In this document: one piece after another, positions 9,486 through 19,903 of the stretch
How the letters are laid out: the number at the start of each line of letters is the position of its first letter
How positions within the stretch are numbered: the stretch's first letter is position 1
Virus record (IMG/VR): IMGVR_UViG_3300036817_000176
Coordinates: 21,947-85,946 of that record
Length of the DNA: 64,000 nucleotides
From: a virus
Direction: 5' to 3' (one strand)
The notes under the pieces: model-generated
What the model was told of the DNA's origin: nothing
Databases searched by the model: none
Seen by the model: only the letters and a program-made list of their open reading frames with translations
Program-made: the position numbers and the translations under genes

Positions 9486-10018
9486 GCACACCTACCCTGA
9501 ACCGCGCCCGTAACCGGGGGCATAGTCCGCTCAATGACCTGATGCGTGATGACTGGCGACGGCTGGTGGAGAACCACCCCGACGGCTTCGACGTGCTGAT
9601 CTACGTTCCTGGCGTGGCCACCGTGGCCGCCGAGGGCGATGAAGAGGCGTTGTTCGGTTCGCTGGACCGCCACCAGCAGGCGGTGACCTATCAGGACCCT
9701 GTGGTGATCTCCGCGCTGGCTGCAGCGCAGGATGACCCGCTTTTTTCGTCCATGTGGGATGACCCTGAATCACTCGGTACCGGTGACGCGGATACGCTGA
9801 GGCTGCTGCTGTCGGTCGGCGTGGCCCCGCTGGGGTCAATTGTTGAGTTTGAAGAGGAGATCGCCAGCGGCCAGAACCGGCGCGTCTGGTGGTACGTCCA
9901 TCATGTTGAGGCGGTCGGTACCGCGGCCATCGGCGCACTGCATACCTGTATCCCGTGCGGGGATCTGGAGCAGGCACGCGCTACCGCCACGCAGGTATTA
10001 ACAGGAGAGACTGAATGA
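9482..10018 (+). CDS. P1 gp7-like tail/neck protein
   Basis: Synteny; translationally coupled. Confidence 0.65.
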   Translation: MSTPTLNRARNRGHSPLNDLMRDDWRRLVENHPDGFDVLIYVPGVATVAAEGDEEALFGSLDRHQQAVTYQDPVVISALAAAQDDPLFSSMWDDPESLGTGDADTLRLLLSVGVAPLGSIVEFEEEIASGQNRRVWWYVHHVEAVGTAAIGALHTCIPCGDLEQARATATQVLTGETE

Positions 10019-10323
10019 CGAAGCCACGCAAGATCTACATCGCCGGGCCTATGACCGGCATCGAGGACTACAACCGTGCCGCGTTCGATGGCTACGAAAT
10101 TGAGCTGGTAGCCCAGGGGCTGGGACATATCGTCCTGAACCCGGCCGTTCATCCGGACGGGCTCGAGCACCACGAATACATGCAGCTGTGCCGTCCTATG
10201 GTGGAGGTGGCTGATGAAATTCACCTGCTGCCGGGCTGGGAGCGCAGCAAGGGCGCCATGATGGAATACGGCTGGGCGCTGGCCGGGGGCAAATCCATTC
10301 ACTACGTGGGAGAGAACCTGTGA
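10015..10323 (+). CDS. DUF4406 family protein
   Basis: KIYIAGPMTG, VLNPA and LLPGWERSKGAMME motifs. Confidence 0.9.
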   Translation: MTKPRKIYIAGPMTGIEDYNRAAFDGYEIELVAQGLGHIVLNPAVHPDGLEHHEYMQLCRPMVEVADEIHLLPGWERSKGAMMEYGWALAGGKSIHYVGENL

Positions 10324-11090
10324 GCGGGGATTCACCAATACTGAGCTGGTCCGAGGTCATTCGGACCACCATCGAGGAGCGTGAAGTCAGTTCGCTCGAT
10401 GGCGTTGATCGTGGCTTCGGTAACATGCTGGTGGCGGCCCTGCGTGGGCTGACTGTCTCGCGTCCCGGCTCGGCCTTTGACGATGTACGGGCGTTTCTGG
10501 CCAGACCGCCTGCAGAGCAGATCATTAAATCCCCTTACAGCGACCCGCGCACGTTCATGAAGGCATTGCGGGCGGCCGGTCGGGGGCGTGCGAGTGAAAC
10601 GAAGCTCGGGGAGATCGTCAACAAGAGCGCGCTGCCAATCATCATGTTTCAGCGTGACCTCGCGCATTCGGTGTACGAGGGCGATCGCTACGCGCCGGTG
10701 CGGGACTGGGACCAGCTGGGCTTTAACGACGGCTCATCGGCCACGATTAACCAGTATCACCTGGCCACCAGCTACCGGCTGGCCATTCTGGCATGGGATC
10801 TGGAGTCGCTGGACGTGCTGTCTACTGCGCTGGGGTCATGGTTCCGTATCCATGCGCGCCGGTTCGGCTTCAACGTCCACCTGTACAACACCCCTATCGG
10901 CGCCTTTGCGGACGTGGTGACCAAAACGGTCCTCTGGGAGGACGTAAGCCCGGGTGCGGAGACGGACCGCCTGATGGGGCTGGCCTGTACCATTGAAGTG
11001 ATTGCCGAGGCGTATGAGGCGCAGGGCACCACGGAAATGACGGCCAACTATGTCCTGATGGAGCCTCAAGCGCTGTACGGGGGTGAGTAA
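10320..11090 (+). CDS. P1 gp24-like tail completion protein
   Basis: 256 aa; synteny. Confidence 0.65.
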   Translation: MSGDSPILSWSEVIRTTIEEREVSSLDGVDRGFGNMLVAALRGLTVSRPGSAFDDVRAFLARPPAEQIIKSPYSDPRTFMKALRAAGRGRASETKLGEIVNKSALPIIMFQRDLAHSVYEGDRYAPVRDWDQLGFNDGSSATINQYHLATSYRLAILAWDLESLDVLSTALGSWFRIHARRFGFNVHLYNTPIGAFADVVTKTVLWEDVSPGAETDRLMGLACTIEVIAEAYEAQGTTEMTANYVLMEPQALYGGE

Positions 11091-12079
11091 TGGCCGGACG
11101 TAAGCCACAACAACGCTTTTTCCAGCAGCTGATGATTAACGGCAAGGAAGCGCCCATTTTCAGCATTGTGAGCGGGACCTACATCGAGGCGATGTCCCTC
11201 GACGGGCCCCAGCTGATCCTGAACATCAACGATCTGGACGGCAACCTGCGCGACACCATGGGGCTGGTGAGCGGGGCGAAGCTCGAGCTCATCATGGGCG
11301 ACGTGAGCGGGCGCGGGGAGGCGTACTTCCGCACCGCGTTTAAGGTGGTATCCATCAAGCCTGACGGGCGCCGGTTGCGGGTGGAAGCGATCGAGGCCAC
11401 GGTCTACCAGCACAAACACCCCGCACCTGCAGGAACGTTCTTTATCGACCGGCGTGTGAAAGAGGTGCTGATGACCCTGTTCCAGGGCTACACCATCAAC
11501 ACCACGTTCACCAGCAAGGTGAACTATCACATCAACATGGGCGGTTCGGCGATCGCCATGCTCGAGAAGATGGCACGCGACCTGGGAGCGGCTATCTGGG
11601 TGGCGCGTAATACCGTCTACTGCCTGCCGCGGGATCAGCTCGGTACCCGGGAGAAAGATTTTCCGGTGCTGGAGTATCAGGCGCAGAAGAGCCAGCACCC
11701 CATTCAGGCCTTCAAGCCACTGTATAACAACCCGGCGGCCGCGCGTTCCGTCCAGCGTAATTACATGTCATGGGATACGGTCGGCGGGCTGATGGCCAGC
11801 CCGGTTAACCCGACAGCCCCGCGCCAGTTCGTGGCGGGTGCCACGCTCGATGAGCTGGACAAAATGGGCGCCTGCACCGTACCGGCAATGACGTGCGATA
11901 TGCCCGGCAACGGCTCCTATACGGCCGGGATGACGGTCGGGGTGCGCTTACACCGTCTGAACCGGGAGGCAGTGCTGGACGAATCTCTGCCGCCTAAGCA
12001 GGTGATCATGACCGTGAGCCATATCGACGAAAACAGCGAGTACCGCTGCAAACTGACAACAGGAGCGTACCAGCTATGA
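11090..12079 (+). CDS. P1 gp6-like baseplate hub protein
   Basis: 329 aa, YIEAMSLDGPQL; precedes the spike gene. Confidence 0.75.
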   Translation: MAGRKPQQRFFQQLMINGKEAPIFSIVSGTYIEAMSLDGPQLILNINDLDGNLRDTMGLVSGAKLELIMGDVSGRGEAYFRTAFKVVSIKPDGRRLRVEAIEATVYQHKHPAPAGTFFIDRRVKEVLMTLFQGYTINTTFTSKVNYHINMGGSAIAMLEKMARDLGAAIWVARNTVYCLPRDQLGTREKDFPVLEYQAQKSQHPIQAFKPLYNNPAAARSVQRNYMSWDTVGGLMASPVNPTAPRQFVAGATLDELDKMGACTVPAMTCDMPGNGSYTAGMTVGVRLHRLNREAVLDESLPPKQVIMTVSHIDENSEYRCKLTTGAYQL

Positions 12080-12753
12080 GCATGGACAAGACAATGCTGG
12101 GATCGTGGCGGGCGAAGGTGGTGAGCGTGGAGCACCCGCAGAAGCTCTACAAGGCGCAGATCCAGGTGCTGGGCCTGTGGGAGGAACTGGGGCCGGGCGA
12201 GCTGCCGTGGGCGGAGTACCGTTTCCCGCTGGGTACCCGGCCCAACAGTGGCGGCACCATCCCCTGCGAGGTGGGCGATCTGGTGTGGGTCGAGTTCGAC
12301 CAGGGGGATAGCCGCTGCCCTATCATCACCGGCGCGTGCCATTACGCCCCGGGCGGCGTGCTGAACCTGCCGCACGAGGCGTTTGGCGGTCCCGAGGCCT
12401 ACCAGCACAAGCGCACCGACGATGAGCCAAAACCGGAAGCGGCGGCCTACCATGCTAACCTTGCGTTCACCCTGCACAACATCCTCATCGAACTGACGAA
12501 GGAAAGCGCGCTGCGCTTCACCCACAAGCCCACCGGCTCGGCCGTCGAACTGACCAGAGAGGGGGATATATTGCTCCACGGCGAGAAGAACATAACCCAG
12601 ACGGCCGCGGAGAAATGGAAAGTTTTCGTCGTGGGCAATATCGAGCTGCAGACGAAGGGGGATTACACCGTGAAAGCCGACGGCAAGATGTCGTTTGAGG
12701 CGCGCGGGGCTATCTCATTCAAGGGTGCAAGTGCTGACTGGACACTGGGCTGA
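12076..12753 (+). CDS. Baseplate spike, P1 gp5-like (OB fold plus beta-helix)
   Basis: LPWAEY and GDLVWVEFDQGDSRCPIITG motifs. Confidence 0.88.
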   Translation: MSMDKTMLGSWRAKVVSVEHPQKLYKAQIQVLGLWEELGPGELPWAEYRFPLGTRPNSGGTIPCEVGDLVWVEFDQGDSRCPIITGACHYAPGGVLNLPHEAFGGPEAYQHKRTDDEPKPEAAAYHANLAFTLHNILIELTKESALRFTHKPTGSAVELTREGDILLHGEKNITQTAAEKWKVFVVGNIELQTKGDYTVKADGKMSFEARGAISFKGASADWTLG

Positions 12754-13037
12754 TGGCAGAAATCGCGTTAGAAGGATCGATGTGTTCCGGACACGACGGC
12801 TACCCGCCGCGGCCCTCGGTGGAGGGTGCGCCCCTGTTCACGGTTAACGGCGTGCCGGTTCACTGTGATGGGATGGTCTGGGCCATGCACGCCAAGCCTA
12901 ATCACCCGCCGCATAGCGGGGTGGGCATTGGCTCAAAGAATTTCACCATCAACGGCGCTAAGGTCTGCGTCGTCGGTGATTCTGTGTCCTGTGGGTCGGT
13001 GATCATCACCGGCGACGGGACTTTTCAAATCCTGTAG
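12753..13037 (+). CDS. PAAR-family spike tip protein
   Basis: CSGHDGYPPRP...H...H...GDSVSCGS. Confidence 0.92.
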   Translation: MAEIALEGSMCSGHDGYPPRPSVEGAPLFTVNGVPVHCDGMVWAMHAKPNHPPHSGVGIGSKNFTINGAKVCVVGDSVSCGSVIITGDGTFQIL

Positions 13038-13047
13038 GGGAAAAAAA

Positions 13048-13437
13048 ATGGGCTTACTGTCTAGTTTAGGTTTTGGTAAGGCGGCCACCAATGCCGCAGA
13101 GGGGGTGATCTCCGCCATTGGCGAAGCGGGCGACCGGCTTTTCACGTCGGATGCTGAGCGCGCGCAGTGGGCGGTTATCATGAAGAAGGTGGAGCAGGAG
13201 CCGCAGATCATGCAGGCGATGATTACGGCCATGAATACCGCTAACGGGAGCTGGTTCGTTGCCTCGGCGCGTTCCGCCGTGCTGTATCTCATGGGGCTGT
13301 CTGTGTTCTACGGGGTGGTGATCCGCGATCTGGTGGTGCTGGCGCTGGGCATCAAGCCTGAAGACATTCCGCCGATGCCGGTTGAATCTGGCGTGTTACT
13401 GCGCTATATCGGTTCACTGCTGGGTATTAACGGCTAA
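13048..13437 (+). CDS. Putative 3TM-holin family membrane protein
   Basis: DRLFTSDAER and SWFVASAR followed by a TM segment. Confidence 0.65.
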   Translation: MGLLSSLGFGKAATNAAEGVISAIGEAGDRLFTSDAERAQWAVIMKKVEQEPQIMQAMITAMNTANGSWFVASARSAVLYLMGLSVFYGVVIRDLVVLALGIKPEDIPPMPVESGVLLRYIGSLLGING

Positions 13438-13480
13438 CCAACCCCTTCCCCGTTTCCGGCCGCCCAATCCGGAGACAAAG

Positions 13481-13843
13481 ATGAGCTTTAATTTTGAACA
13501 AGTCGCGCGTATCGCCTATCTGGCCATTAAGGCCCTGGCTGAAGCAAGTGGCGACCTGAACACACCCGACTGGGACGATGCCCCAGAGAAAGATCGCCTC
13601 CGTGCAATCAACGGCGTCACCATGTACGTGGCCAACCCGCATAGCGGCCCGGAAGCGACCCACAATCGCTGGATGGCAGAGAAGAAGGCCGACGGCTGGA
13701 CGCACGGCCCGGAGAAGCGCGAGGTACTGAAAGAGCACCCGCTGCTGGTCCCGTTTGAGAAGCTGGAGCCCCACCAGCAGATGAAAAACATTATGTTCTG
13801 CGACATCGTGGCAAGCCTGCGCCACCTCATCAAAACGTTCTGA
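13481..13843 (+). CDS. RyR-domain protein
   Basis: HNRWMAEKKADGWTHGPEK...HPLLVPFEKL; GGAG RBS before ATG 13481. Confidence 0.85.
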   Translation: MSFNFEQVARIAYLAIKALAEASGDLNTPDWDDAPEKDRLRAINGVTMYVANPHSGPEATHNRWMAEKKADGWTHGPEKREVLKEHPLLVPFEKLEPHQQMKNIMFCDIVASLRHLIKTF

Positions 13844-13855
13844 GGAGGGTAAGCC

Positions 13856-14641
13856 ATGCTCGATGACGAGAAGACGCAAGCCATCTACCGCGCCCTGAAT
13901 AACAGCGCCGGACTGTCGTCACCCGCGGCGGCCAAGGTCACGGACACCCTCGATAAGGGCGTGGCCATCAAGAACCGGTTCGAGGCCCTGAAGACCCTGC
14001 CGCCAGATGCCGTGGCGACACTGCCGGGTGAGGTCGGTATCAAGATCCCACCGGAGATCCGCGCTGCAGCAGAGAAATTCGGTGACTACCACGACAAGGT
14101 GAAGAGCGCCAACGATGCGCTGTCATTGCTCGGCGGGGCCATTGATAAGCGCATGGATGACGTGACAAGTAATTTTGCCGTGCTCGGCGTGGCGGCGGGC
14201 GTGGCCCAGAAGATGGGCGATGCAAGCGGCGGTTGTGGCCCTCTGGGGTCGGCCTTCTCGGTCCTGACCTCATCCGGGCGAACCGACATTCTGAAGGGGC
14301 TGCTGGAGTCTGCAGAAGGGCCGCTCGGCGAACTGGAAGACCTCGTGAACCGCTACCGCGCCAGCATGAGCGGCGTGATAAGCGATGCTGACAAGGATCT
14401 GCTGGAGTCCCTGAACACCATGATGGATGCCATCAAGGACCAGATCGAGGCGGCGACTGCAGCGCTGCAGCTGCTGGTGGATGAGGCAGAAGAAATGTTT
14501 GACCACCTGAAGAACAAATTTAACGTGGCGGTGCAGTCCTCCATTCTGGGCTCCATCATCCATAACCCGTGCCTGCGTGATATCGCTGATTCCGTGATGC
14601 CGGACAACGTTAAACAGGTAATTGACGGCTTCGGCCTCTGA
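13856..14641 (+). CDS. Helical virion-associated protein (P1 UpfB-like)
   Basis: 261 aa, GAGGAG RBS; follows the PAAR gene as in P1 relatives. Confidence 0.55.
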   Translation: MLDDEKTQAIYRALNNSAGLSSPAAAKVTDTLDKGVAIKNRFEALKTLPPDAVATLPGEVGIKIPPEIRAAAEKFGDYHDKVKSANDALSLLGGAIDKRMDDVTSNFAVLGVAAGVAQKMGDASGGCGPLGSAFSVLTSSGRTDILKGLLESAEGPLGELEDLVNRYRASMSGVISDADKDLLESLNTMMDAIKDQIEAATAALQLLVDEAEEMFDHLKNKFNVAVQSSILGSIIHNPCLRDIADSVMPDNVKQVIDGFGL

Positions 14642-14831
14642 CCGGTTCCCCCACTCATTCGTCCAATATAGGCGCATTGACACCCGAGAAAAGAAATCCG
14701 CTATGATCTGCGTGCTCTAACATCCTAACCCGATTTTAGAGCACCCCTTCCTTTGGTTGCCCAGCCAGGAAAACAGTAAGCGGCCCCCGCCGCCCGTTTT
14801 CTATCGACCATAAATCCAAGGGAATAAGCCC

Positions 14832-16472
14832 ATGCAAAACATGCAAGCCGTTAAAGCCCGCGCTGCGCTGATCGAGAACCTGAGCAGCGCGGTCACCAAA
14901 GTCTGTATTACCTCTCAACTTGCCGACGGCAAGCTCATCGCCGACTCCAACGCTCGCATGAGTGCTATTGCTGAAGCTGCAGCTGAGAGCCCGATGTTCG
15001 ATGCCCTGGGTGATCGTTCTGCCATGGTGGCCACGGCGTGGGCCTCCGCGATCAACGGCTATTTCGATTCTTACGATCGTATGCCGTCCAAAGAAATCCT
15101 GGCTTCCGCTGCGCAGGCGCTGGCCAACATCACCGTGGATATCGAGGGCGCGAAAGAAGTGGCGATGCTGGACTCCGTGCGCTCCTCCCTGTCCACCACG
15201 GAAGGTATCGAGATCCGTGCGAAACAGGCGGCGCTGATCCTGCCTACCCTGCTGATGTGTGCGACCTCTGACGCCGTGACCTACATCCCGGCGCAGGCTA
15301 ACGAAGCTGAAATTTTCCAGGTTCGTCGCGTGGCTGGCTCCAACTTCGGTGACTACGAACAGGGCGACGCGCTGGATAACTCCGCGTATGGCCAGTATTC
15401 CAGCCTGAACCAGATTTACGCGTTCCCGTCAGACCAGCAGCCGGATGGCACCAAAAAAGCCTTTATCTACGATTCGGCCGTTGCCGGTTTTGCGAAGGCC
15501 CTTCCGTTCAAGAAAGGCACCGTCAAGCTGTGGCTGGACGGCAAAGTGGTGGCGACCGAAGTCGAAGGCCAGACCGGTAAGCTGTACGGCACCACGCTGG
15601 TGGGCGGTACCGAAGTCGTTATTAACGGCACCGTGACCCCGAACATTGGCAAGGTCGAGCTGAACCTCGCCACGGCGCTGAGCGCTGGCCAGCTGATGCT
15701 GCTGGAATACGACGTGGACATCGAGAAGAACCCGGACCTGATCCCGGTCATCGCCAACGATATGCGTTCCTTCAAGCTGCGCCCGCACGAATCTGCGCTG
15801 GCCGCTGAGCACACTATCCAGGCGTACTGGACCATGAACCGCGAGTTCGGCATCGACACCCGCTCCATGCAGATGTCCGACCTGCGTAACTTCCTGGCCT
15901 ACGAGAAAGACGTGCGTAACCTGCGCAAGATGATCCTGGCTATCTCCAAGAACTACACCTTCCCGCTGGCTGTGCCGGAAGGTCAGTATTTCAAAGAGCA
16001 CTACGAAACCCTCAACAAGCTGCTGCTGCAAATCTCCCAGGATATGCAGGTCAAGACCGAAGTATCCGGTCTGGTCGGCCTGTATTGCGGCCCGCAGGCA
16101 TCCGCAGTGATCAAGTCTCTGGGTGCGCCGCACTTCCAGATGGTTGACGGCTACCGCCAGGTAAACCGTGTTCACTACGTCGGCCGCCTGTTTGGCCAGT
16201 TCAAGATCTACGAAGTGCCGGTGGAAATTGAAGTCATCAAGGGCGTGCCGTCCACCAAGCTCGGGACCTTCGACTGCCTGTGCTACGCCCGTGGTGAAGG
16301 CCACGCGGAAGCGGGCATTGTCGTTGGTGATGCGGTACCGGCCACCATCTACAACCACAACGTTTCTACCGCGCTCAAAGACCGCAACACGATCTGGGAG
16401 CTCGCGTACTGCGACATCCACCCGAACGACGGCGGCCGTTACTTCGCGCGCCTGACCATGATTCCTGCCTGA
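14832..16472 (+). CDS. Major capsid protein (P1 gp23-like)
   Basis: 546 aa, strongly biased codons, heads the 23-22-21 block. Confidence 0.88.
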   Translation: MQNMQAVKARAALIENLSSAVTKVCITSQLADGKLIADSNARMSAIAEAAAESPMFDALGDRSAMVATAWASAINGYFDSYDRMPSKEILASAAQALANITVDIEGAKEVAMLDSVRSSLSTTEGIEIRAKQAALILPTLLMCATSDAVTYIPAQANEAEIFQVRRVAGSNFGDYEQGDALDNSAYGQYSSLNQIYAFPSDQQPDGTKKAFIYDSAVAGFAKALPFKKGTVKLWLDGKVVATEVEGQTGKLYGTTLVGGTEVVINGTVTPNIGKVELNLATALSAGQLMLLEYDVDIEKNPDLIPVIANDMRSFKLRPHESALAAEHTIQAYWTMNREFGIDTRSMQMSDLRNFLAYEKDVRNLRKMILAISKNYTFPLAVPEGQYFKEHYETLNKLLLQISQDMQVKTEVSGLVGLYCGPQASAVIKSLGAPHFQMVDGYRQVNRVHYVGRLFGQFKIYEVPVEIEVIKGVPSTKLGTFDCLCYARGEGHAEAGIVVGDAVPATIYNHNVSTALKDRNTIWELAYCDIHPNDGGRYFARLTMIPA

Positions 16473-16516
16473 TAACCCGCGGTGCGGCTTCGGCCGCGCC
16501 CTTCTTGAGGGACGTT

Positions 16517-16981
16517 ATGAAACTTATCGTTATCAACTCCACCGGGCGCCACTGCTATATCGGGCACCTTAACCATCCCGGTATCAGCATTGAGCCTGTT
16601 TCCAAGGTCAATGAGCCGCAGCACTTCGACCTGCCGGAAAACCTGGTTGGCTACTTTGTTCGCGCCATCAACACCCTGCTGCCGCAGACCACTGTGCTGC
16701 AGGGCGAAGAGGCGGAAGCCTTTGCCAGTGCCCTTAACGAACCGACTCCTGACGTTGAGCCGCTGCCGATCGTGGAGCAGCCGCCAGTCGTTGATCCGGT
16801 CGTAGAAGTGCCACCAGCCATCGAGCTGATCCCCGAGCTGCAACCCGTAGTCGAGCAGACTGCAGAGCTGCCACCAGTTGTTGAGCAGCAGACCACCGAA
16901 CCGGCCCCTGAAGCTGAACAGCCGCAGGCTCCTGCAGCTGAGAGCAAAAGCAAAAAATCCACCCGTCAGAAACAGGAGTAA
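16517..16981 (+). CDS. Hypothetical protein with Pro/Glu-rich tail
   Basis: GAGG RBS, ATG at 16517; PVVEQ repeats. Confidence 0.7.
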   Translation: MKLIVINSTGRHCYIGHLNHPGISIEPVSKVNEPQHFDLPENLVGYFVRAINTLLPQTTVLQGEEAEAFASALNEPTPDVEPLPIVEQPPVVDPVVEVPPAIELIPELQPVVEQTAELPPVVEQQTTEPAPEAEQPQAPAAESKSKKSTRQKQE

Positions 16982-16986
16982 GCCGT

Positions 16987-18573
16987 ATGTCTACCATCCC
17001 GTTCAGCCTGAGCCAGGTCGCCCAGGTTGCCGTACAAGCGATTGATACCTCTGCCACGCTCTCCGCTGGTGGCACGGGCGGAGAGTCGGTGTTTGCGGGG
17101 ATCGTTATCTCCGAAACGGGCGCCCCGTTCGAGCTGCTGCATATCAACAAATCGAACTGGAAAACGAAGCTCGGCGCACCGTACCACCCATCACTGGGGC
17201 AGACCGTTGCCGAGCCGCTGCGCCATGTGAGCGACGCCGTGAACGGTGGCGAAGGCTATGTGGTTCGCGTGGTATCTGAGGATGCACGTCGCCCGGTGCT
17301 GTTCATTCAGCGCAACGACAACGGCGGTACCATTACCTTTGACACCATGCCGGGCGCACTGTCCTTCAACACCCCGCTCGAGCTGCCACAAGCCGGTGGC
17401 GCGCTGCTGGGTCTGGCCGTGAAAGATGGTAACGTCAGCGGCCGTAGCCTGAGCATGACCGCGATCGCCAGCAAACCGGGTTCGTACATGCTGACCGTCT
17501 CCGCAACCGACAAATTCGGTGTGGATTACGTCGTTGAAGAGATCGAGGTGTCCTTCAGCACCGACGCCACCAACGACATGGGCGAAAGCACCTTCATTCT
17601 GGATCGTATGCAGTCCACCAGCACCGTTCTGGAAGCGGTATTCGATGCAGAAGTAGACCGCACCGGCTTCACCGGCTTCAGCAAAATCACCCTGTCTGGC
17701 GGCACGCTGGGCGATCAGAAGGCTATCCAGCCTGAGCAGTACGCGAAGGCCGTGGGTATCCTGCGCAGCGCGCTGGTTGGTTATACCGCCGTGCTGGGCC
17801 TGGGCTGCTATGACGTGACCACCATGGCGGCTCTGGGTGACGTGGCCCGCGATCGTCGCGTGGACGCGTTCGTGGACCTGGCGCCGGGTAACACCTACGC
17901 CAAGGCGCTCACTGCAGCGAAAGCCCTCAACCTGAACAACAACCACCTTTGTCTGTATCACTTCCCGTACAGCGCGAAGGACCCGCATAGCGGTGGCCGT
18001 GCAATCTGGGGTATCTCCGGTGTCGCCTTCTGCGCGAAAGCTGCAGGTGTGGCGCAGGCTACCGGCAACGTCGGCGGCTGGCACTACTCACCGGCGGGCG
18101 CCGATCGCGGCATCATCGACCGTCGTGAAATTCAGATCCTCCCGGGTGTCGGTGAGTCTGACGAGAAGGCGATGTATACGGCCCGTATCAACAAAATCGG
18201 CCTGAGCCCGTCGGGTCAGCTGATGATTGACGACGCCATCACCTGCCGCACGTCGGAAGACTACCTGCGCTTCCAGCACGTCTCCTCGGTGATGAATGCA
18301 ATCTCCCGTCAGTTCTTCAGCCTGGCGTCCCAGCTCAAGCACTCCCCGGACGGTCTGACCTACGACGGTCTGTACCGTGGCATGACCAACATCCTCGATG
18401 GCTACGTGTCCTCTGAAGCGCTGGTGGCACCACGTAACCCCGATGAAGACGGCGATTCTCCGTACATCCTGAGCGTGGAACAGATCGAAATGGACTACTG
18501 GGAAGTGCGCTGGAAATGCTGCGTCACCGGCACCGCTCGTCGAATCATGGGCTCCCCTTCACTCATTCGTTAA
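16987..18573 (+). CDS. Tail sheath protein (P1 gp22-like)
   Basis: 528 aa; GGWHYSPAG and YLRFQHVSS motifs; synteny. Confidence 0.88.
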   Translation: MSTIPFSLSQVAQVAVQAIDTSATLSAGGTGGESVFAGIVISETGAPFELLHINKSNWKTKLGAPYHPSLGQTVAEPLRHVSDAVNGGEGYVVRVVSEDARRPVLFIQRNDNGGTITFDTMPGALSFNTPLELPQAGGALLGLAVKDGNVSGRSLSMTAIASKPGSYMLTVSATDKFGVDYVVEEIEVSFSTDATNDMGESTFILDRMQSTSTVLEAVFDAEVDRTGFTGFSKITLSGGTLGDQKAIQPEQYAKAVGILRSALVGYTAVLGLGCYDVTTMAALGDVARDRRVDAFVDLAPGNTYAKALTAAKALNLNNNHLCLYHFPYSAKDPHSGGRAIWGISGVAFCAKAAGVAQATGNVGGWHYSPAGADRGIIDRREIQILPGVGESDEKAMYTARINKIGLSPSGQLMIDDAITCRTSEDYLRFQHVSSVMNAISRQFFSLASQLKHSPDGLTYDGLYRGMTNILDGYVSSEALVAPRNPDEDGDSPYILSVEQIEMDYWEVRWKCCVTGTARRIMGSPSLIR

Positions 18574-18585
18574 TGGAGTAAAAGT

Positions 18586-19281
18586 ATGCGTAATCCTCAA
18601 GGTTTTGCCGGTGCTGCAGCTGGCAGTGAGTTTGGCCAGGCGGTGGCCATGTTTGACGGGGTGCAGCAGACGCCCCAGGACAGCGTATCCGAGCGTGCAT
18701 TTTTCGACTCGGTAACCCCTGAGCAGATGCTCGATGCCGTGTCCGCTGCAGCCGATCAGGTCGCGCGTGCGGATGCCATGGCGATGGCCATTGAGTGGGT
18801 CGCTGATGGCGACGACTCCGCAGAAGGCCTCGACATCTACGCGCAGGCGCTGGCTGACGTGGACGAAGACGGCGAAGTGTCCGGTGATGAAGAGCAGGAC
18901 CTGTACGAAACCTCGCTGACCCTGATGGCAGAGGCGCTGGTATCGCTGGGTGTGCCTGCGCAGGTTGCCAGTGATGCGATGAACGGTGACGACACTGCAG
19001 CGGCTAAAGCCTTCGTGGCGGCCGGTGACAAGCTGGAAGGTGACGTGGACGTGGACGAAGTGATCGCCGCGTTCTCCGTGCGTGAAACGATGATGCTGGA
19101 CGCCGTGAAAAAGGTCATTCGTGACGGCAAGCTCACGCTGATCCGCCGTCCGCTGCGCAAGAAACGCCTGTCAGCAGCCCAGCGAGCGGCCCTGAAAAAG
19201 GCCCGCGCGAAGGCCAACACGGCATCGGCCCGCACGGCACGCCGTAAGTCGATGCGTATCCGTGCATCCCGCGGCCTGTAA
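18586..19281 (+). CDS. P1 gp21-like structural protein (acidic body, basic tail)
   Basis: KKVIRDGK...RLSAAQRAALKKAR tail; synteny. Confidence 0.75.
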   Translation: MRNPQGFAGAAAGSEFGQAVAMFDGVQQTPQDSVSERAFFDSVTPEQMLDAVSAAADQVARADAMAMAIEWVADGDDSAEGLDIYAQALADVDEDGEVSGDEEQDLYETSLTLMAEALVSLGVPAQVASDAMNGDDTAAAKAFVAAGDKLEGDVDVDEVIAAFSVRETMMLDAVKKVIRDGKLTLIRRPLRKKRLSAAQRAALKKARAKANTASARTARRKSMRIRASRGL

Positions 19282-19297
19282 GTAACGAGGGGGAGCA

Positions 19298-19894
19298 ATG
19301 GCTATTGTCGGCGTGAGCACCAAAGACGGGATCAGCGGGTACCTCAAGGTATACATCACCCAGGGGGATACCACTGTGGTCGGTTACATCGCAGAGGGGG
19401 CTTCAAAGACCCTGAGCTCGAACTGGACCAGCCCGTTTGAGAGCGACACGTTAGGCAGCACCGGCGGCGGCAGTAAGGCCGCCGGGATAGCCCAGTCGCT
19501 GCAGTCTGGCGAGGGTGAGGGCAAGCTGACCACCGTCTCGCAGCACAACTCCGTCATGGTATGGGAGGGCACCAGCCCGCCCACACTCAACCTGCCCGTG
19601 TACTTTCAGGCCTACGCTGACGCCAAGCTGGAAGTGGAGGACGCGATCCAGGCGCTGGAGCGTTTCGCCTCCCCTGAACTGAATGCGTATATGCCGCTCG
19701 GGCGCTCCCCCCAGCTGGTGGTGATCGACGTGGGTCGGCGCTTCAAAATCCTGAATGCGCTGCTTACTGAGGTCACCAGCGAACTGGACGCCCCAAGGAC
19801 AAGCGAGGGTTACATGATCCGAAACGCCGTCAACCTCACGGTGACGCCGGACAGGATGGTTAACGCCTCGGAACTGCAATCTATGTACCCATAA
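19298..19894 (+). CDS. pmgG: PmgG-like tail tube initiator
   Basis: Synteny; NWTSPF and VWEG motifs. Confidence 0.7.
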   Translation: MAIVGVSTKDGISGYLKVYITQGDTTVVGYIAEGASKTLSSNWTSPFESDTLGSTGGGSKAAGIAQSLQSGEGEGKLTTVSQHNSVMVWEGTSPPTLNLPVYFQAYADAKLEVEDAIQALERFASPELNAYMPLGRSPQLVVIDVGRRFKILNALLTEVTSELDAPRTSEGYMIRNAVNLTVTPDRMVNASELQSMYP

Positions 19895-19903
19895 GGATCC
19901 ACT

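Noticed and set aside
14661-14707. TCCAATA as a late-promoter element (also 35936, and 57772 on minus)
   Set aside because: Only three copies with inconsistent spacing to the -10 boxes
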